From Tubiluchus corallicola (lineage: Eukaryota; Animalia; Priapulida), in NCBI GenBank assembly GCA_030141605.1, contig JAQGDQ010002143.1, positions 1 through 13,083 of the forward strand: a stretch of DNA of 13,083 bases, in the 5' to 3' direction. Position 1 is the first letter of the stretch. Each line of letters opens with the position of its first letter. Position numbers and translations under genes: made by a program. The notes below the pieces were generated by a model, which saw only the letters and a list, made by a program, of their open reading frames with translations, was not told the DNA's origin and did no database searches. Below are positions 9,587 to 13,083 of this stretch, piece by piece.

Positions 9587-9822
9587 TTCATGCTTGGGCT
9601 CTCCCATTTTCAGTGCCCATTCTTCTTCCAATGACGTCATTCGTCTTGAAGAAAAGTAGCGCACTGTCAAAATTCACCAAAAGTATAAGTTTTTACAAAA
9701 AAGATAGAAAAATATGACAAAAGAGTTTGCCACTTAAACTAATTCAAACATCTGTAGCTTACCCTATGTCCACGCGAAAATATTACATAATTAGCTATCT
9801 TTTTTGTAAAAACTTACACTTT
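9587..9822. mobile_element. Fragment B of the foldback/MITE-like repeat (left arm, core, truncated right arm)
   Basis: Internal inverted repeat 9680-9707 / 9795-9822 (27/28) around an 87-bp spacer. Homologous to 2183-2376. The right arm stops where the 72-bp satellite starts. The left boundary may extend further upstream. Confidence 0.75.
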
Positions 9823-9825
9823 AAA

Positions 9826-11520
9826 AGTTTAAGTGAGCAGTAAAATAAGCCAAACATACTGAGAGACTCGTTCTTTCCTTTAGCACACCACAAACAATTT
9901 AAGTGATAACAGTAAAATAAACCTAACATACTAAGTGACATGTTCTTTCCTTTAGCACACCACAAACAGTTTATGTGAGCAGTAAAATAAACCCAACATA
10001 CTGAGTGACTTGTTCTTTCCTTTAGCACACCACAAACAGTTTAAGTGAGCAGTAAAATAAACCCAACATGCTGAGTGACTTGTCATTTCCTTTAGCACAC
10101 CACAAACAGTTTAAGTGATGACAGTAAAACAAACCCAACATACTGAGTGACTTGTTCTTTCCTTTAGCACACCACAAACAGTTTAAGTGAGCAGTAAAAT
10201 AAACCCAACATACTGAGTGACTTGTTCTTTCCTTTAGCACACCACAAACAGTTTAAGTGAGCAGTAAAATAAACCTAACATACTGAGTGACTTGTCATTT
10301 CCTTTAGCACACCACAAACAGTTTAAGTGATAACAGTAAAATAAACCCAACATACTGAGTGACTTGTTCTTTCCTTTAGCACACCACAAACAGTTTAAGT
10401 GATAACAGTAAAATAAACCTAACATACTGAGTGGTTTGTTCTTTCCTTTAGCACACCACAAACAGTTTAAGTGATGACAGTAAAACAAACCCAACACACT
10501 GAGTGACTTGTTCTTTCCTTTAGCACACCACAAACAGTTCAAGTGAGCAGTAAAAGAAAGCCAACATACTGAGTGACTTGTCCTTTCCTTTAGCACACCA
10601 CAAACAGTTTAAGTGATAACAGTAAAATAAACCCAACATACTGAGTGACTTGTTCTTTCCTTTAGCACACCACAAACAGTTTAAGTGATAACAGTAAAAT
10701 AAACCCAACATACTGAGTGACTTGTTCTTTCCTTTAGCACACCACAAACAGTTTAAGTGATAACAGTAAAATAAACCCAACATACTGAGTGACTTGTTCT
10801 TTCCTTTAGCACACCACAAACAGTTTAAGTGATAACAGTAAAATAAACCCAACATACTGAGTGACTTGTTCTTTCCTTTAGCACACCACAAGCAGTTTAA
10901 GTGATAACAGTAAAATAAACCCAACGTACTGAGTGACTTGTTCTTTCCTTTAGCACACCACAAACAGTTTAAGTGATAACAGTAAAATAAACCCAACATA
11001 CTGAGTGACTTGTTCTTTCCTTTAGCACACCACAAACAGTTTAAGTGATAACAGTAAAATAAACCCAACATACTGAGTGACTTGTCCTTTCCTTTAGCAC
11101 ACCACAAACAGTTTAAGTGATAACAGTAAAATAAACCCAACATACTGACTGACTCGTTCTTTCCTTTAGCACACCACAAACAGTTTAAGTGAGAGTAAAA
11201 TAAACCCAACATACTGAGTGACTTGTTCTTTCCTTTAGAACACCACAAACAGTTTAAGTGATAACAGTAAAATAAACCCAACATACTGAGTGACTTGTTC
11301 TTTCCTTTAGCACACCACAAACAGTTTAAGTGATGACAGTAAAACAAACCCAACATACTGAGTGACTTGTCCTTTCCTTTAGCACACCACAAACAGTTTA
11401 AGTGATAACAGTAAAATAAACCCAACATACTGAGTGACTTGTTCTTTTCTTTAGCACACCACAAACAGTTTAAGTGAGCAGCAAAATAAACCCAACATAC
11501 TGAGTGACTCGTTCTTTCCT
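9826..11520. repeat. 70/72-bp tandem satellite, 24 copies
   Basis: Unit AGTAAAATAAACCCAACATACTGAGTGACTTGTTCTTTCCTTTAGCACACCACAAACAGTTTAAGTGATAAC (72 bp), a 70-bp variant (GTGAGCAG) and one 69-bp unit. Confidence 0.98.
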
Positions 11521-12765
11521 CTCCATACGCGCAACTATAAGTCTTGCATGAGTCACTTAATTCACAGAGTTACAGAGAAATGCAGAATTCTTCCAATAAT
11601 CCGCTACATTAAATGCACGCCTGACCAACTGCAACCAATGTTCATTACAATACCCCATGCGCGTCTAAAGAGATGCACTTTAACATGCAAAATCTATAAT
11701 ATTGTGCACGATCATCGATTGAATCACAGACTATTGCCATTTTACTTTCTGAAATGCGTCTACGATATTGCATTTGACAGTTAGTGTCTGAATACAGACA
11801 GACAGAAAGATAAAAAGAAAATCTACAGCTTAAGAATTCATTATCATCATTTATTAATGTACAGGGTGGTACGTAAGTTTTTGCTAGAGGTACAGAAACA
11901 AGGAGATACAGTATAAAATAATTCAAAGGATTGCTGAAGTAATAAGACATTTCATAGTTTGTGCGCACGCGCAAACTGCTGCAGGTAAAAGGCTAAGTGT
12001 ACGAAGGAAACGCGTCTTAACTTTAACCATCACGTGACATGTAAGGCAAAGCCGTCGGCCCTATCAGTTCGTTAACTTCAGGTGTTTTACGTGGACTTGC
12101 AGGATCTAGCAGGATCTTGTTTGTTAACAAGAAAAATGAAGTAGGTAAGCTTCTAGCTAACTGTTAAAACTGTTACTATTACAACAGCATGGACTGCAAG
12201 TGCACACAAATGCGTTGTCTGGAACACTTAATCTTTGACCTTTGACCTTTTCACGATCATCATCAATCGTTGACACTGTGAAATGCTTATTTCTTTTCCG
12301 TTAGAAAGAGAAAATGGACCTATAAGCAGCTGATCCACATCTTAGAGCGTCCCACGAAGAGGTTACGAAAGGGGGCAGAAAACGTGTTACTAGGAACGAA
12401 CAATCACCTCCAGGATACAGAGATGAGTGGTCACGAGAGCGACAAAGAGGCTTCATGTAGTAATTGACTTTCGATTGCAAGAGATTGAAAGATTGACCCC
12501 AAAACAGCCTCTATTACGTGAGAGTAATTTAGTTAATTATCAACACGAAGGCATGATTAATTTAGTATGGAAGCTCAAAATGAGGACAGAAGGTCAGTTT
12601 CTCCTTGGCATTATTATTCACTTATGAGTCTAAACAGTTATTAAACAAACACCTTATTTCACTAATGAATATACATCAGGTTTTGGCAGGCAATGAATTA
12701 TTTACTGAATCACGTCAAGTGATCAGAAGATCAGAGATGAGAATTGTTGTTAGGCTACATTTATA

Positions 12766-13083
<318 letters not shown>

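Noticed and set aside
2255-9707. Composite transposon that captured the aquaporin gene between inverted arms
   Set aside because: Each arm is attached to its own core on the side away from the gene, so the outer ends point inward. No TSD was found.
9795-11464. Cys/His-rich repeat proteins on the minus strand (up to 314 aa) resembling zinc fingers
   Set aside because: These are translations of the 72-bp satellite (a multiple of 3). The 70-bp units shift the frame, and there is no non-repetitive coding sequence.

Overview
Repeat-rich, AT-rich animal genomic DNA, probably an invertebrate (the taxon cannot be fixed from sequence alone). The only credible protein-coding gene is an aquaporin-8-like (aquaammoniaporin-type) MIP channel with an uninterrupted CDS (7805..8884, +) and a long S/T/P-rich C-terminal tail. 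Tandem repeats surround it: a 105-bp triplication, 35-, 33- and 70/72-bp minisatellite arrays, a compound CAA/CAG tract and a terminal (TAAA)n tract. There are also non-autonomous DNA transposons: a complete TTAA-flanked Kolobok/T2-type element with a truncated inverted second copy, a hAT-type MITE with an 8-bp TSD, and two complementary fragments of a foldback-like element. The other listed ORFs appear to be repeat-derived or chance ORFs. I see no evidence for a new multi-gene system. The best leads are the unusual features of the aquaporin and the transposon architecture around it.
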